A stretch of DNA of 64,000 nt, taken from NCBI GenBank assembly GCA_030265395.1, contig JARFYF010000007.1, forward strand, positions 19,494,216 to 19,558,215, given 5' to 3'. Source of the stretch: Rhina ancylostomus. Its lineage: Eukaryota. Below are positions 13,425 through 26,811 of the stretch, piece after piece (position 1 is the first letter of the stretch; each line of letters begins with the position of its first letter). The translations under genes and the position numbers were made by a program. The notes beneath the pieces were generated by a model. It was not told where the DNA came from. It saw only the letters and a list, made by a program, of their open reading frames with translations, and did not search any database.

Positions 13425-14300
13425 AAGTCATGTTTTGGTTTGGAGGCTGTGACCAGTAGGGGGTCACCTGGGATTGGTGCTGGGGCTCCAGTTCATTGTA
13501 TGTAAGTGATTTGGATGAGAAGGTAAAGTGTAATATATCCCAGTTTGTTGATTTAAAGGAGTCAGTAAACTGTGGACTGAAGGCAGAGGGATATGTGCCA
13601 AGTGAATCAAAGGACCTGTTAAATGGAAAATATTGTGGACAAATGTGAGGTTATCCAGTTCGGGAGAAAAGATGGCAGAGGGAAGATGCTTCAGAGGGAC
13701 CGGAATGTTCTTGTATCTGAATCACTGAAAGTTAATGGGCAGGTCCAGTAAGCAATCTGAAAGCCAGACAATACATTGGCCTGTATTGCAAGAGTATTTG
13801 AGTACATAGCAAAGACTTGTTGCTGCATTCATATAGAGCCCTAGTGAGGCTACATTTAGAATTTGTATCTGTTTGTTTATCCAGTCACTCAACTTGGAAG
13901 AGTATACTTGCAATGGAGAGAGTTGCAGCAAAGGTTCACCAAACTATTTGTGGAATGGCAGTTTATTGTATGAGGAAAGGTTGAGATCAGGCCTTGAGTT
14001 GAGAACGAAAAGAAAAGCTAGACAGAGTTGAAGGGTTGGTGTTCCCTCTGGATGGCATCTAGATCAAAAACCCAAAATAAGGGTTTAGCTATTCTGGATG
14101 GATGAGAAATTTCTTCACCCTTTGGAATTCTTTACATGAGAGCTGTGAAGACTCTATTGTTGAGTATATTCAGAATGCATATTTTTAAATATCAGCAATA
14201 TGGAATTAGTGTAAAAGTAATGCTGGAGTTAAAGATCAGCCATGATCTCTTGAATGGTGGTGCAGGTGTGAAGGGTCAGATGTGCTGCTTCTATTTTTGT
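13425..14300 (+). mobile_element. Degenerate CR1 LINE (RT region to 3' end)
   Basis: Remnants of VTSG.PQG.VLGP...NDLD, KCEVIQFG and QQRFT, ending cagccatgatctcttgaatggtgg. Confidence 0.7.
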
Positions 14301-14804
14301 GCTTTAATTGTGATGGTATTAATTGGCATTGGAATAAGGTGGCTCAATGTTTAATCTAAATTGTTGTGCTAAACAGTGAGGCAACCCACTGCTCCAGTGT
14401 TTGATCTAGAAAAGATGTGTATTCTCTTGAGCTGCTGAATTTTTTTATTCATCTAATTTTTTCCTCCCCTCCCTAAGCTTCTGAATTGTGCCATCTCATA
14501 GAACACAAGTTGGTGCAGTGCATGTTTATGAAAAAATTATTGAACGGATGTACACAAAGCAATTTTGTATTTTAAAACATGCTGGCAGTGAATGAGGTTG
14601 CTGTCTAAACAAAACCTATGCTGGTCATAACTGAGAAGTCTCAAGTTTTGGCATCTCAAAGAAAGGGAAGAAATGCCTCTAAGAGCTTTCTGCATTTATT
14701 TGGAAATGAGTATGTTAAACCCAAAAAGTCATTTGATAGACGAGCTCAGACAGTGGCATTTGTATTTGTAAACTCTTGGGGGGTGGGTGGACAGGACTGA
14801 ACAA

Positions 14805-15150
14805 AGGTAAATTGGTTTATCATTGTCATATGTACTGAGGTACCTGGAAAAACTTTGTTTTGCATGCCTTCCATACAGATCACTTCATCACATCAGTACA
14901 TTGAAGTAGTACAAGGGAAAAGCAATAACAATGCAGAATAAAGAAATGCAATGCAGGCAGACAATAAGGTACAAGGTTGTGATGGGGTAGATTGTGATGT
15001 CAAGACCCCATCCTATACAAGGGGGAAACTGTTCAGTAGTCTTACAACAGTGAGATAGAAACTCTGAGCTTGGTGGTACATGCTTTCAGACTTGTATCTT
15101 CTGCCCGATGGGAGGGGTAAAGAGGAGGAAATGTCTAGGGTAGGTGGGTT
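14805..15150 (-). mobile_element. Rex1/Babar-like LINE 3' end
   Basis: Tail ggtaaattggtttatcattgtcatatgtactgaggtac and cttctgcccgatgggag (LPSGR on the minus strand). Confidence 0.6.
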
Positions 15151-15476
15151 ATGAAGTCGGTGATAAATATTTCAAAGATTTTGATTTGATTTGTGAAATT
15201 GTGAAAGCAAAAAGTACTTAAATGGTTATCTTAAATGTGGATCTGAAATTGNNNNNNNNNNNNNNNNNNNNNNNNNNNNNNNNNNNNNNNNNNNNNNNNN
15301 NNNNNNNNNNNNNNNNNNNNNNNNNNNNNNNNNNNNNNNNNNNNNNNNNNNNNNNNNNNNNNNNNNNNNNNNNNNNNNNNNNNNNNNNNNNNNNNNNNNN
15401 NNNNNNNNNNNNNNNNNNNNNNNNNNNNNNNNNNNNNNNNNNNNNNNNNNNNNNNNNNNNNNNNNNNNNNNNNNNN

Positions 15477-16150
15477 CAGCTTTACTGCTGGAGTAACTCA
15501 ACAGCATTCCTGACCCTATCTTCAACTGCTTGATCAGTAATCTTCCTGATGTCAAGAGAGGTTGGGAATGAGCCTGTTTGTTCAGGTTTTACACTCTATT
15601 CATGGCTCTAATAAGAAACCAACTTGTTACCATTCATCATGCCCTGAATAAATCTATTTGGGCAATGACCATCTTCAAATAAAACTGCTTAAATCTCTAT
15701 ATATTCAATGGCAACATCCTCTGTTGCCATTTGACCAGCAGTTTAATGGGACCAGCTATATCTTGACCAATTGATTTTAATACCTCTCCATCTTCACTAG
15801 AAACCTTGATGCCATTTAGGGCTAAGCAGTTTGTTTGTTGCCTCTGTCCCTGAACACTTTTGCTGCTTTGGCTGTAGTGCACTGTAAACTCCTGGATGCA
15901 CTGCAGCAAACCCAGGTTTATTTCAACATGCCCTTCCAGTCTTGTACCAAGATTGAAGAGCAGCAGTGTCAAATGAGTGCAATCACCTGCAAGTTCCTTT
16001 CTGGATCACATACCATTGCTACCATGTGCATGCTTAACTTTGCTTGAAATTCTCTGTATAACATCCTAAGAATTGTCTTTTTTAAAAAAAACTGGTGTCC
16101 CAGAGCCATCTATGGCAAAAGTAGGACTGGCATTAAGGACAAGCTGATGG
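15477..16150 (+). mobile_element. Degenerate CR1-clade LINE, same family as 9455-10285
   Basis: ggagtaactcaacagcattcctgaccctatcttcaactgcttgatcagtaatcttcct; atcacctgcaagttcc. Confidence 0.5.
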
Positions 16151-16874
16151 CATCATTTTGCATCACAAATGTTCTGTGCAAAGTACATCTAACCTGTGTG
16201 CTTTGGCATAAATAGTCTATATTTGGAATTAATTTTCATATGTGAGTCACACTTTTATGATATGAAGGGTAGAATGCTGCTTTCATGATTGTTACTTGTG
16301 CAACCTGTGACCTCAAGTGGATTTGGGCTCTGAGAGACTTGCAACTTCAATTCACCAGTTCAAAGAAAGTGACTTGGAAACTTTCCTGAAATGGTCCCAA
16401 ATATAACAGTGTCTGTCTTTGAAATCATTGCTGCAAAAACAATGGTTTAGTTTTAATGGCTTAGTGGGTATCCTGTCATCCAAGCAATCACTTCTTTCAT
16501 TTTCACATATCAATCAGTCAGAGCTTAAATGATGACCATCTTGCATTGATGTTATGGGTGTGGATTAGACTTTTCCTCTTGATATCAGCATTAAAAGGTT
16601 ATTTAGCACCTGGAACATTTTCAGGCTTGTGTTTATATTTTTGCCTTAATATATTTCTTTTAGATCCTCTTCAATAGTTTTAATCCTCATAAGGCTGGTT
16701 ATTGCAAAGAAGTAATATCTTTGGCATATGTTGCTTAGGTGCAAAGTTCTACTTGCACTGTTAATGATGATTTAGTAGCTTGCCATCCTCTCCAGGAAGT
16801 GGCTCAAAGAATTTTGGTGACTTCTGAGCTCCATTTTTCCATGTTGCATGTTATTTCCACTTGCTCTGTTGCCT

Positions 16875-17020
16875 AAAATAGAAGCAGAAAGTGCTGAGAA
16901 TGCTCAGCAGGTCTGTTGGGAGAGCAACTTAAGAATTCTGATAAGGGTCACAGATGCTGCCTTGTCTGCGAACTATTTCCAACATTTGTTTTTCATTTCC
17001 AGCACTTGCATTTTGGTTTT
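16875..17020. repeat. Palindromic Penelope-derived short element
   Basis: gcagaaagtgctgagaatgctcagcagg...cacagatgctgcc...tttccagcacttgca. Confidence 0.55.
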
Positions 17021-18974
17021 TCTAATGACTGCCCTGCTCTCTAGTTCAGATCTGATGCCTTGTTTTGCTCTGAGATCAGGGTTTGTGATATCCCATTGAA
17101 GCATATTTTTGTTGAAATGCATCAAGTGAAGCTTGCGTTTAGATGTTGGCCCGCCTTTTATGAAGTCCTTAATAGGACAGAACAGTCAAAATCATAACTT
17201 TTGGAGTATGAATGGACAGTAAGCAGGAGTTCCAGCTGTGTATCCACTTGAGGTTTTAAATTTGACATTCCTATTTTAAGGCTGTCCAAACTTCATCCTT
17301 GGTTTCTCCAAAGAGGATTTGTGGACTTCTGACTTATGAATATTTGCAAAGTAGGTCATTTTGCTTAAACCTAAAGAATTTGAGATAAATGGAGTTTATC
17401 CTCTATACTTGCAAAACACATCACAATGGAAGATAGGACATATGTCATTAATTTCTCTCAACTCTTCCACTTTAGCTATGTTGAAAAGGGATTTTTTTAA
17501 AAGTTGGGGTATTGTCCTACCCTAACCCTCTTAATATAAAGGGTAGTCAGTGGTATAAGCAACTTCAAGTGCTTTAATACATTTTTTCAATGTGGAGCTG
17601 TTTGTCATTGGGTTGCATGGAGTTGAACAAAGAATGTGATGAATCAAAGCTTTGTACTGTCCTAATGAAGTGAAAAATCAATTACTGCTTTTTCCCTTCT
17701 GGAGAAGTAGTGGTCTTTATTCTGCAAAAAGTGTTTAAACTTGACTAACAGGATTGAAGAATGTTCTAGACTCCTGGGAAATGAATTAAATTACAAATCT
17801 TTACTTTTTTAGAACTGGATTAATGTTTCAGCAAGTAGCTGGGATACCTATTGCACTATACCTGACTTGTTTAGAGCTCCTAAATTGCTTTAAGTTTTCA
17901 TTTTCAAATAGGGATCAGATCTTTTATCCTTGCATGCATTTCATTACCTCCACTAGAACAGAACTTAGATGTGGATAAGTGTTTATAGGTGTACACATTG
18001 TCTCCCTCCGCTGTTTGATCCAGAACTCTAGGTTATTGTTTTTCCACTGCCATAACTATAGTAATGGTACTGCTCCAAGGAGCACCATCCCAAGAACTGA
18101 ATGCAAAATTAAGCTAACTGCTCCATTGTCAGAAATTCTATTAAAATGATATTATATTAAAGCCTGTCTTCTTGTTGGATATAAAATTATATGGCACTTT
18201 CATTATTTTCAGACAGCTGGAAGTTTCCTTTCTATATCCCAGGTAGCATAAAAATGCAAAATAATACTAATGCTAGGAATCTGAAATCTAAGCTGAAAAT
18301 ACTGAAAGTACTTAGTGGAGAGAAACAGTTAATGTTTCCAGACATATTTCCTTTTTGGGGTCAATTTCACCCACTAATGGTTGCCATAAAACTAATAGCT
18401 GGATATCTGCTTCTCATAACCCTTGCAAAGTGGCTCTTGCAACAGGGGAAGAAATCTATTGATCACAACAGGTGATAAAACTCTTCCCTCCAACCCCCAA
18501 TGTAATATTGGCTCACTTTTCTCAATTGGTACTGTGTAAGGAAAGACTTGTGATGATGGATATTACATATTGTGGTTGTTTCAAGGATCTAACAACATAA
18601 GCTCATGTAGAGGAAACTTTATTTTTGACTTGTGTAGAAATAAAACTCCATCTACTTTCCACATAATTCAACCATGGAAATTGTGACCACAATATTATAA
18701 ATTGACTTTTTACCCTTCTGTAAATTGCCTATTGTAGTCATTGGCTTTGGATAAAGTGCTGGGAAAGTTATTTTGGGTATTACTGAAATAAAACATCTTT
18801 AACATTTCATTAATTCAATTATATGATCCAATATGTTTTAATATTTATTCTGCATATACTAACTTGGTCATTATTCTTAATTTCAATAGTAAATTATTTA
18901 CAATAAGTGTGAACATATTCTCAAACATGGTAGATATTTTTAATTGAGGTCATTAATGTTACATCTGTTTACAG

Positions 18975-19035
18975 GAAGTTGCAAGATTTTTTGACACCAA
19001 GCACAAAGATCACTATAAAGTCTATAACCTCTGCA
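18975..19035 (+). CDS. TPTE: TPTE/VSP exon, phosphatase domain
   Basis: ttacag|GAA...TGC A|gtgagt, 61 nt. EVARFFDTKHKDHYKVYNLC(S). Confidence 0.95.
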
Positions 19036-20579
19036 GTGAGTATGTTTGTTTTTAAAATGGGAATGGACCACAATGTAGTGGGGGCAAAATGTGTGGGTCG
19101 TTTAAAAGAAAAATAAAGGATTTTAAACCAAGAGCTAGGAAAATTGACTTAGCTTTTGGTATGCTGACTTAAAAATGTGTAATATTTGGAGATGGAACTT
19201 AATGGTATGAAACAAACACATCTTTCACAAATGTAATGTACAAATGACTAATTACAATATTGATCAACTTTTATCTGAACTTGTCCATTTCCCAAGCTGG
19301 TCTAGATGGGTCATGTGCAAGTGTTCATTTAAAGAGTTGGGAGGAAAAAAGTTTTGACGCTGGGACACTTTAAATTTGTAATGTGATTAGATGAAACTCT
19401 GGAAACCCAAGGTGGTATGACTATTTGAAATTAGAGGGTGGTGGATGTGCTTGGGTAATCTATCAGACTTCTATGTAAATACAACATAACATCACCCTCT
19501 AGCACTGAGAAGACAGGCAGCAATATTTTGGCAACATTTACCTGCAAGCTTCCCCATAAGTAGCACATTCTAACTCTGAAATATTGATATTCCTTCATTA
19601 TCACTCAGTTAATCTTGTAGACCTTCCTTCCTCCTTTCCTATCACCCTTGTTGGGAACCCAATGAAATCAATAGCTCCACTATTCTTGGTTGAGGCTTGT
19701 TATAGTCATCTGGTAACTGGAATTTGCAACAAGCATGGCCTTGATGGTGTCACCCACATCCTGAGAGCAAATATTAAACAAAATAGAATGAACAATGAGC
19801 TGATTTTTGATACTACTAAAATGTGAAGGGTCAAATTAGCACTGATCTGTGTTGTCAGGATGAAATGTTTAGTATAATCACTTTCTGGTTTGATCACATA
19901 AAATAAACACAGTAAACAGAATTACAGTCAAAACTCCTAGATGTTATAACAAAATGGGATATTTAAACTAAACTATTTAACATTGTCACCATATCACAAT
20001 TTTCTTTAGTGTTTCTTGTTAAGTGTACTTAATTCATTTGAGAGTTCCAGTTTCTTGTTTGCAAAAACATACAAATAAGCTCATTTTACTTCAGTGTTAT
20101 GGTCGCTGAAGTGAAACAGTACACAAGCATGTAAAATTTACTTTTACAGTTGCATGTACCTCTGCACCCTAGTTCAGAAAATTAACCATATTTTGAATTT
20201 TATAGATAACAGATTGCACAAAGTTACTGATGCATATGCTTATGTGGATTTGTTCAGTTCAGAGGAACTGAAGAAATGTTTTACACCTATGCAAAGTGTT
20301 TCTTTTGATAATCTGCAAATTTCCAATGGTCTCTATTAGACTGAGAAATCAATCTAGATTCTGCCAGAAGCATGCCAGTTTAGAAAATAAAATTCCAGAC
20401 TGACCCCTGACCTGAAGGGCATTCATTCTGCTTAAGCTATAAGATTTTCCACACTACTTTAGAAATACATTAATATATCTCCTGGTGAGTCCCTGTTAAC
20501 ACAAGTTGATTTTTGTCTACTTCCCCCCAGCCTGAAGTGTTATTTAGAAACACTTGTTTGTAATGGACTGTTCACACTG

Positions 20580-20860
20580 TCAGAAAATGCTGGAGTATTC
20601 AGGCACTCTAGCCACAACTGTGGGAAGAGAAAAACAGTTAATGTTTTAAGTTGAGGACCTTTCATCAGAATGGTGTTGCTCACATCCTGAGAACAAATAT
20701 TTCTGAATAAAGCAAAACCAATAATGAGCTGATTTTAAAACTGCCAAGATATGAAGGGTCATCTGAAACTGTTTCTCTTCCCACAGGTTCAGCCTGACCT
20801 GGGTATTTCCAGCATTTTCTGTTTTTATTTTTTGGATGTCCTGCATCTACAGGTTTTTTC
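20580..20860. repeat. Palindromic Penelope-derived short element
   Basis: Arms cagaaaatgctgga...ctgtgggaagaga and tctcttcccacag...tccagcattttctg are reverse complements. Confidence 0.75.
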
Positions 20861-21554
20861 ATATTCATATCATTGGGATGTTAACTTAGAGTTTGTAGTT
20901 CAGATACTTGTATTCTGTTGAGATACTACCAAGAATGCAGTGACTGAAAATCTTTCTACCGCCAAACCCCAAGCTGCTGCTAAATGAGAACATGAATCAC
21001 TCTTTATTATTAAACTTTAGTACCTTGGGGTATATAACTTTGAGTCGTGGGGAGTATGGTAAGAAAAGATGCATGGGGGGGAGGGAGAGAAATGTGGTAC
21101 CATGCTTTATAATAAACCACTAATGCAGGTACCAATAAAATGGAAAAAATGCATGGGCAACCTTAAATCTGGCAGAAAGTGTTATTTGAAATACTGCTAA
21201 TTCCAGTAAACTGATCTGCTTCCTTGTGTGATTGGTGAATTCAAGTTTACAGGCTATTGTTACTTGCCATTACTTGTTCAAAGTTGTGCAGCATCTGATT
21301 AATGTGACTTAACACTCCATGAAGCTCACTAAAGGTTTTCATGCAAGTTATTTTGTTTCTCAATAATGGGATGCCATCTTGATGAATTGCTCAGTCTTTT
21401 TAAAACAATTTGGTGAATAAGAAAGACTTCAACTAATTGTTTCATCATAAATGTACAGCAAGAAAGAATAAAGCTCATTCACGTACAGAGGGTTAATACC
21501 AGTTAATCTAATAACTTTCTGTATCCAGTTCTAACTGAGATGTTTCTTTGACAG

Positions 21555-21636
21555 GTGAAAAAGGCTACAACCCAAGATTCTTTCATTACAGAGTAGAAAG
21601 AGTTTTCATTGATGATCACAATGTGCCTGCTCTGGA
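21555..21636 (+). CDS. TPTE: TPTE/VSP exon, WPD-equivalent loop (IDDHN)
   Basis: tgacag|GT GAA...CTG GA|gtaagt, 82 nt. EKGYNPRFFHYRVERVFIDDHNVPAL(E). Confidence 0.95.
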
Positions 21637-21721
21637 GTAAGTTTTTTTTTGTCTCTAAGGTGACTGAACAACCATTGCTGTCTCGTACAAAAGTTAAAAG
21701 TTGTGATGTTTTATGTATCAG

Positions 21722-21810
21722 GGACATGCTGAAATTTACAGCTAATGTTCGGGATTGGATGGCGGCTGATGAGAAAAATGTTATAGCAATTCATTGCAAA
21801 GGTGGTAAAG
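21722..21810 (+). CDS. TPTE: TPTE/VSP exon, catalytic P-loop
   Basis: tatcag|G GAC...AAA G|gtagga, 89 nt, after an 85-nt intron. DMLKFTANVRDWMAADEKNVIAIHCKGGK(G). Confidence 0.96.
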
Positions 21811-22074
21811 GTAGGAGACTTTCTGGTTTTGACATTGTGTGTAATTCAGACCATTTTGCTGAAGGTTTTCAAATTAACAAGTTAATGGATTAATCTCAAA
21901 TTTATAAGGTAATACTCTAGTCTCTTGAATCTCTGTACATGGTGCTTCCTTTGTAACTGGAAGGGGCTGGAGGATATTACTTGGATTCATACTGTGAGAT
22001 CACATTTTAGGCTTTAGGTCACCAAGGAGATCTCCAACTCTGCTCTTGGACTCGTCTGAAACAGTACATTTGAA

Positions 22075-22655
22075 ACAATAACACAAAATGCTGGAAAAAC
22101 TCAGCAAAGGGAAACAGTCAACCCTTCAGAACTGGGACAGAGATAAAAGTTGGATTTCAACAGAAGAGAAGGTGGGGGAGGAATGTATAGGACAAATGGT
22201 GTCTGTGATGGAATAAGTCAAAATGGTTTAATGGGAACAGTTATCAGCACAGTTAAGCATGCGGGATAAGAAAAACTGAGCCAACATGATGATGGAAAAT
22301 GCTGGATAAACTAAGCATCTGCAAAGGGAGATGGTTAACAGTTAGCCGGAGCTTCTTCGTTTTTCTAGTATTTGTTTTTGTTTCAGATTTTCAGCAAGTT
22401 TTTTATTTTAATTTACTTTGGAAATTTCCTTTTGAAGAGCAGGAGTATGAAAAGAACTGTCTTGAATGTACACATTTTACCACCTCAAACCTACTGACTT
22501 CAGTGAAATCATATTTCAGATTTCCACAATCTGTAGGGTATATTTATTTTCATGGACTATGAAGCAAAATTCTGGAAAGACTCAGCAGTTCAAGCTGCAT
22601 CTGCAAAGAGAACCATGGTGAACATTTCAGCTCAAGACCTTTTATCAGGACTTGT
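22075..22655. repeat. Cluster of Penelope-derived arm fragments
   Basis: acacaaaatgctggaaaaactcagca (about 22081), aaaatgctggataaact (about 22296) and aaaattctggaaagactcagcagttcaagctgcatctg (about 22566). Confidence 0.55.
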
Positions 22656-25600
22656 GTGCAGCAGTGTCCTGCACACTGGTATTATGGGAGTTTGGTTCAT
22701 TTTATCCACTAATGTATGTGTAACAAAAAATAGTGTGGAATAGGGTCTTCTACCTTGCACATTCATTCACCAATGATGATACAAATTGAAGTAAATCTGG
22801 ACACAAAGATGGGGGAGGGAATGCCAAGGAATAACAATGGGAGCACTGGTATCAGCAGTTAGAGCTAGTATTTCAGTATTTATTGAGAAGAGTATCAAGG
22901 TGAATGATTTATTTTAAAAAAAAATTGCCAGCTGTTTTGGCTTGAGGAGAGAGTGTGACAGGGTGGAGGGTGGGGAATGAGAGAAGATGAATGAGAATGT
23001 TAAATGCAGAAAATGTCATTAGACTATCTGAAATCATGGTGTTACATGTGAGCTGAACTTTATTACATGGAGGAATGTGTGGTTAGCATGTGATTGAGTG
23101 TACTTGGAGGGGGGTTGATAAGGGTTACTTGAAACTCTTCATAATGAAGAGTAAACTCAGTTACTCTGCAGGATCAGCTGACAGAATAATTAGTGAAATG
23201 TTGGTTCAAACTTTGAATTTCTCAAGTGGCACTTCCAAGTTTTGTTGGGCAGTCCACTTGACAATTTCCAATTTTCTGCCAAATATGAAATCTGAAGAAA
23301 CAAGTAGAATAGTTGGGAATGTTTAGTTAGGTTCAGTTAACTGAAAGCAAGTTCTATGCCACAGATGCTGTTGAAGTGGTAATTTTGCAGGATAAGGAGT
23401 AGTGAGAAAAATAATCTCTATTTGTACCTTAATCTCATTAACTGCTTTGCAATTTACTTTAATGCACTTGTGTTACAGACTAAGACTGTTAGTGAGTGTT
23501 CCTTTAAGATTGTGTGGCGTGCTTACATCAACAGAAGATAAAGAATGTCATGACGTTGTTGTTGAAACAACCAGTGGAAGTCAGTCTGAAGGAGAGANNN
23601 NNNNNNNNNNNNNNNNNNNNNNNNNNNNNNNNNNNNNNNNNNNNNNNNNNNNNNNNNNNNNNNNNNNNNNNNNNNNNNNNNNNNNNNNNNNNNNNNNAAG
23701 TAGTTATTAATAAAGTAGTTTTTAACACTTATACGTGTCTCAGTATGTTTCTGTTGTTGCTGGTATGTAACACTTGGACTACTGTAATGGAAGAGGTACT
23801 TGCACTTATGCAGTGGCTTTTATCTCTGGATGCCCAAGTCCTTTTTGTCAATTAACAACTTTTCTAATGTTACTATTCTAATAGACAGGAGGTATCTTGA
23901 GCTCAAGTTTCAGCAAACAGTGCTCTTATTGGTACAATAGAATGTTTTCAACACCACCAAGAAGCTAAATGGGATCTCAATTTCATATCATGTGCAAAAG
24001 ATGAATTCCCTAACAGCTGAGTCCTTCCATTACAATGAAACATCAATCTAGATCTGCCAAGGCTCAAAAGTAGGATGTGAGCATCTTGCATCCACTAACA
24101 GAAGATTACAAAAGACCTGTGTCGTGATCCACAGGTCATGATATTGTTTAACCTGAGACCTTTTCCAATCCAAGTCCTGAATTGTAAGGACTTGAAGCCT
24201 TATGGTCTATCATGTTGTGGGTTGAGCTGCCCTCCAGAAAATTGAAGAGACAATTTAAGTTGTCTGTTCAGGGAAATGGTGTAATGAAAGGGTTAGAGGT
24301 AAAAGAAAGGATACTGTTCTGGTAGTCTTGGAGTAGTTGGGTTGATCAGCACTTGTGTTGCTATGAGATTGGAGCGGGGTGGGTGGCTGTCCAAACCATA
24401 TTGGCTGATGCAACTCGATGCCACTTAACAGGAAAGACTACAAATCTTGCAGAATCAGCTGATGGTGTCATTAAAGTGGGAATATATTGGTTAGAGCTTT
24501 GAAAAAGAAAACTTGCCTTCAATGCCATTTAGACCAGAAGTGTTGGTGGTATAGTCCTGAAAGGTGAATGAATATTCAAACCTTACAGGTTTCAAGCAGC
24601 TCTGAGCATAATTCAAATGAGACAAGTGTCAGATGCAAGAAGAGCTTTCCTTGAACTCTTCAGAAAATGAAAAGGCAAGATAGCAGTTACTTAATGAGTA
24701 ATTCTGTAAATTTCCAAACAGTTTTGTAATCAGGAACAGCATTCTACTCCGCTGGTCCTGGATTGAGGGAAACTTCCAAAAAGGAGAACCTAATGTCATG
24801 GTATTAGCACATATTTCAACAGTGTAGTTTAGTAAAATATTTGTTTATTCATTAATGATTTACCAGTGACTTCAAAAGCTGAATGCTATATGATTCTGCA
24901 TTTCTGGTTCAGTGCCCTGCAGTTGATATTGGATTTCTAATCTGAGTTTTAACTAGTGGGGTATCAATGCCAAAATGCAGAGGGCTCTGTGCATTGAGGT
25001 ATATAAAATAAATCAAGTATGGGCCAAATTATAATGTTCACCAGCATTGCTGGAGGGGCATTTAAAGAACATGAATGAGAAAATGATGTGGTGGTGTTTT
25101 CATTGTTAAAATTTTTACTGGTCTCGTTCTCTTCCTGAAACCTGACTTTTAACTTGATTAAACAATAGTAGGATTTCAATGTCAATATTCTGAGTTTGCA
25201 TTCTGACTTCTACCACCTGAGACTGCTTTTAAAATTTAAGGAGGTTCTTCTATACATAAGGGTCAGAAATTAAGTCAAATAGTGAAGGAAAATATCTGAT
25301 TGAAAACAGGATGTTTGGAATACTCACCAGGTTGGTCTAGAATCTGTGGCAAGATGTTGCATGTGAACAAATGGTCTAACATTGTCAGAATGTGGGTTAA
25401 TTGACCCAGAAAGCTTTCAAAACCTGTTCTGATGTCTGACACAAATTTAATCTCTGTAGAAGTAATATTATTCATTTTCTGATGTTGTGGCCAATGGCGG
25501 GTGCTGTTTGAGTTCATGATTATTCTGAGACCCCTAGAAATATTAAAGATAAAGTTGGTAAAGAACATTGAAATAAAAGTTCTTAAACCCATTGCAAAGG

Positions 25601-26515
25601 TTTACAAATGCTGCAATTAGTATCAAAAGCTAAGAATTAAATATTATGGGGGGGGAAAGTGAGGAAAAGCATGAATTGGTCTAATGGAGAACCTTTTTCA
25701 GAAATGGACGACAATGGACAAAATGGAAAGATACGGCATACAAGTGAACATGGGAGGAAATTTTTTTGTAATAGTACTCCTAACCTTAATTACAAAGTGT
25801 AATTTCTTATTCCTCTGACTTGTGAATACATACATGAAAAACCTAATTTCATAAGTTTCAGACATGGGAATTTGACTCCCAAAAATGTTTTCCACCTGCT
25901 GCAAATTGTGCTGATCTATGAAGGTTTGAAGACATTGGCTACTCATTGCAGAGGGACATTATTGGGGGGGTTAATTTTCATTCCCTAACAAGGGATCATA
26001 CTTGCAGCTCAATGTAAATTGGTGTTAAACTCAATCAGTGCTCCCAGATCACATTAATGTTCAGAAATTTAACATAAGCCCTAGCCTTATTGAAGTTGAT
26101 GTTAATTTGCAAATGACCACTTGGATATTCTTTATCTAGGGTTTTAAACATATTTAGGGCTCTGGAAAATGATAATCATGAAACATTAATCTGGAGCATT
26201 GACATTTACTGTTTTGGGGAAGAAACAAATAAGATGCCTTTTTAGTTAGTGGTGGGGTGTTGACATAGGGTGGTGGAGGGAGAAAATGGGCAGTTAAGGC
26301 TTGATCTTGGAATCTTTTTAGCTTTTGTTTGGTTCACATTAATCCATTAACTCATAGGTTGAGTACAAGGCTATCTTGATTTTTTTTTTGTTTAAACCTC
26401 TAGTTTTATCGTTCTTGCTCTGAGACATGATGACTTGGGAAAGCCAGTTTTGGAAGTTGGTGTTAAAGTACATTTCAGGATGTCTCCATGTTTAATGTTA
26501 CATTTTACCTTTTAG

Positions 26516-26577
26516 GCAGGACAGGAACAATGGTCTGTACCTGGTTGATTGACAGTGATCAATTTGAGAATGCAAAG
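26516..26577 (+). CDS. TPTE: TPTE/VSP exon, completes HCKGGKGR
   Basis: ttttag|GC AGG ACA...AAG|gtacac, 62 nt. RTGTMVCTWLIDSDQFENAK. Confidence 0.95.
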
Positions 26578-26730
26578 GTACACCTTTTTTAATTTATGGC
26601 AGTTGAAACTTTGGTTAAGACTCAGATTAAATATTGAGATTCTCTTACAATGTGCTTGAAGGTTGGCATCTAAGCTCCAATTACATTGAAGACTGGAATC
26701 TTGCAGTAATTTTTTGTTTTTCCCCCACAG

Positions 26731-26811
26731 GAAAGTTTGGATTACTTTGGAGAAAGAAGAACCGACACAAGTGTCAGCTCAAAATTTCAGGGGGTGGAAA
26801 CTCCCTCCCAG
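26731..26811 (+). CDS. TPTE: TPTE/VSP exon, gating (TI) loop
   Basis: ccacag|GAA...CAG|gtaatg, 81 nt. ESLDYFGERRTDTSVSSKFQGVETPSQ. Confidence 0.96.

Noticed and set aside
26511-26525. Alternative AG acceptors (tttag-gcag-gacag) at the exon supplying the catalytic Arg
   Set aside because: The +4 site frameshifts and the +9 site would delete the catalytic Arg. The first AG follows the pyrimidine tract directly, and there is no evidence the others are used.
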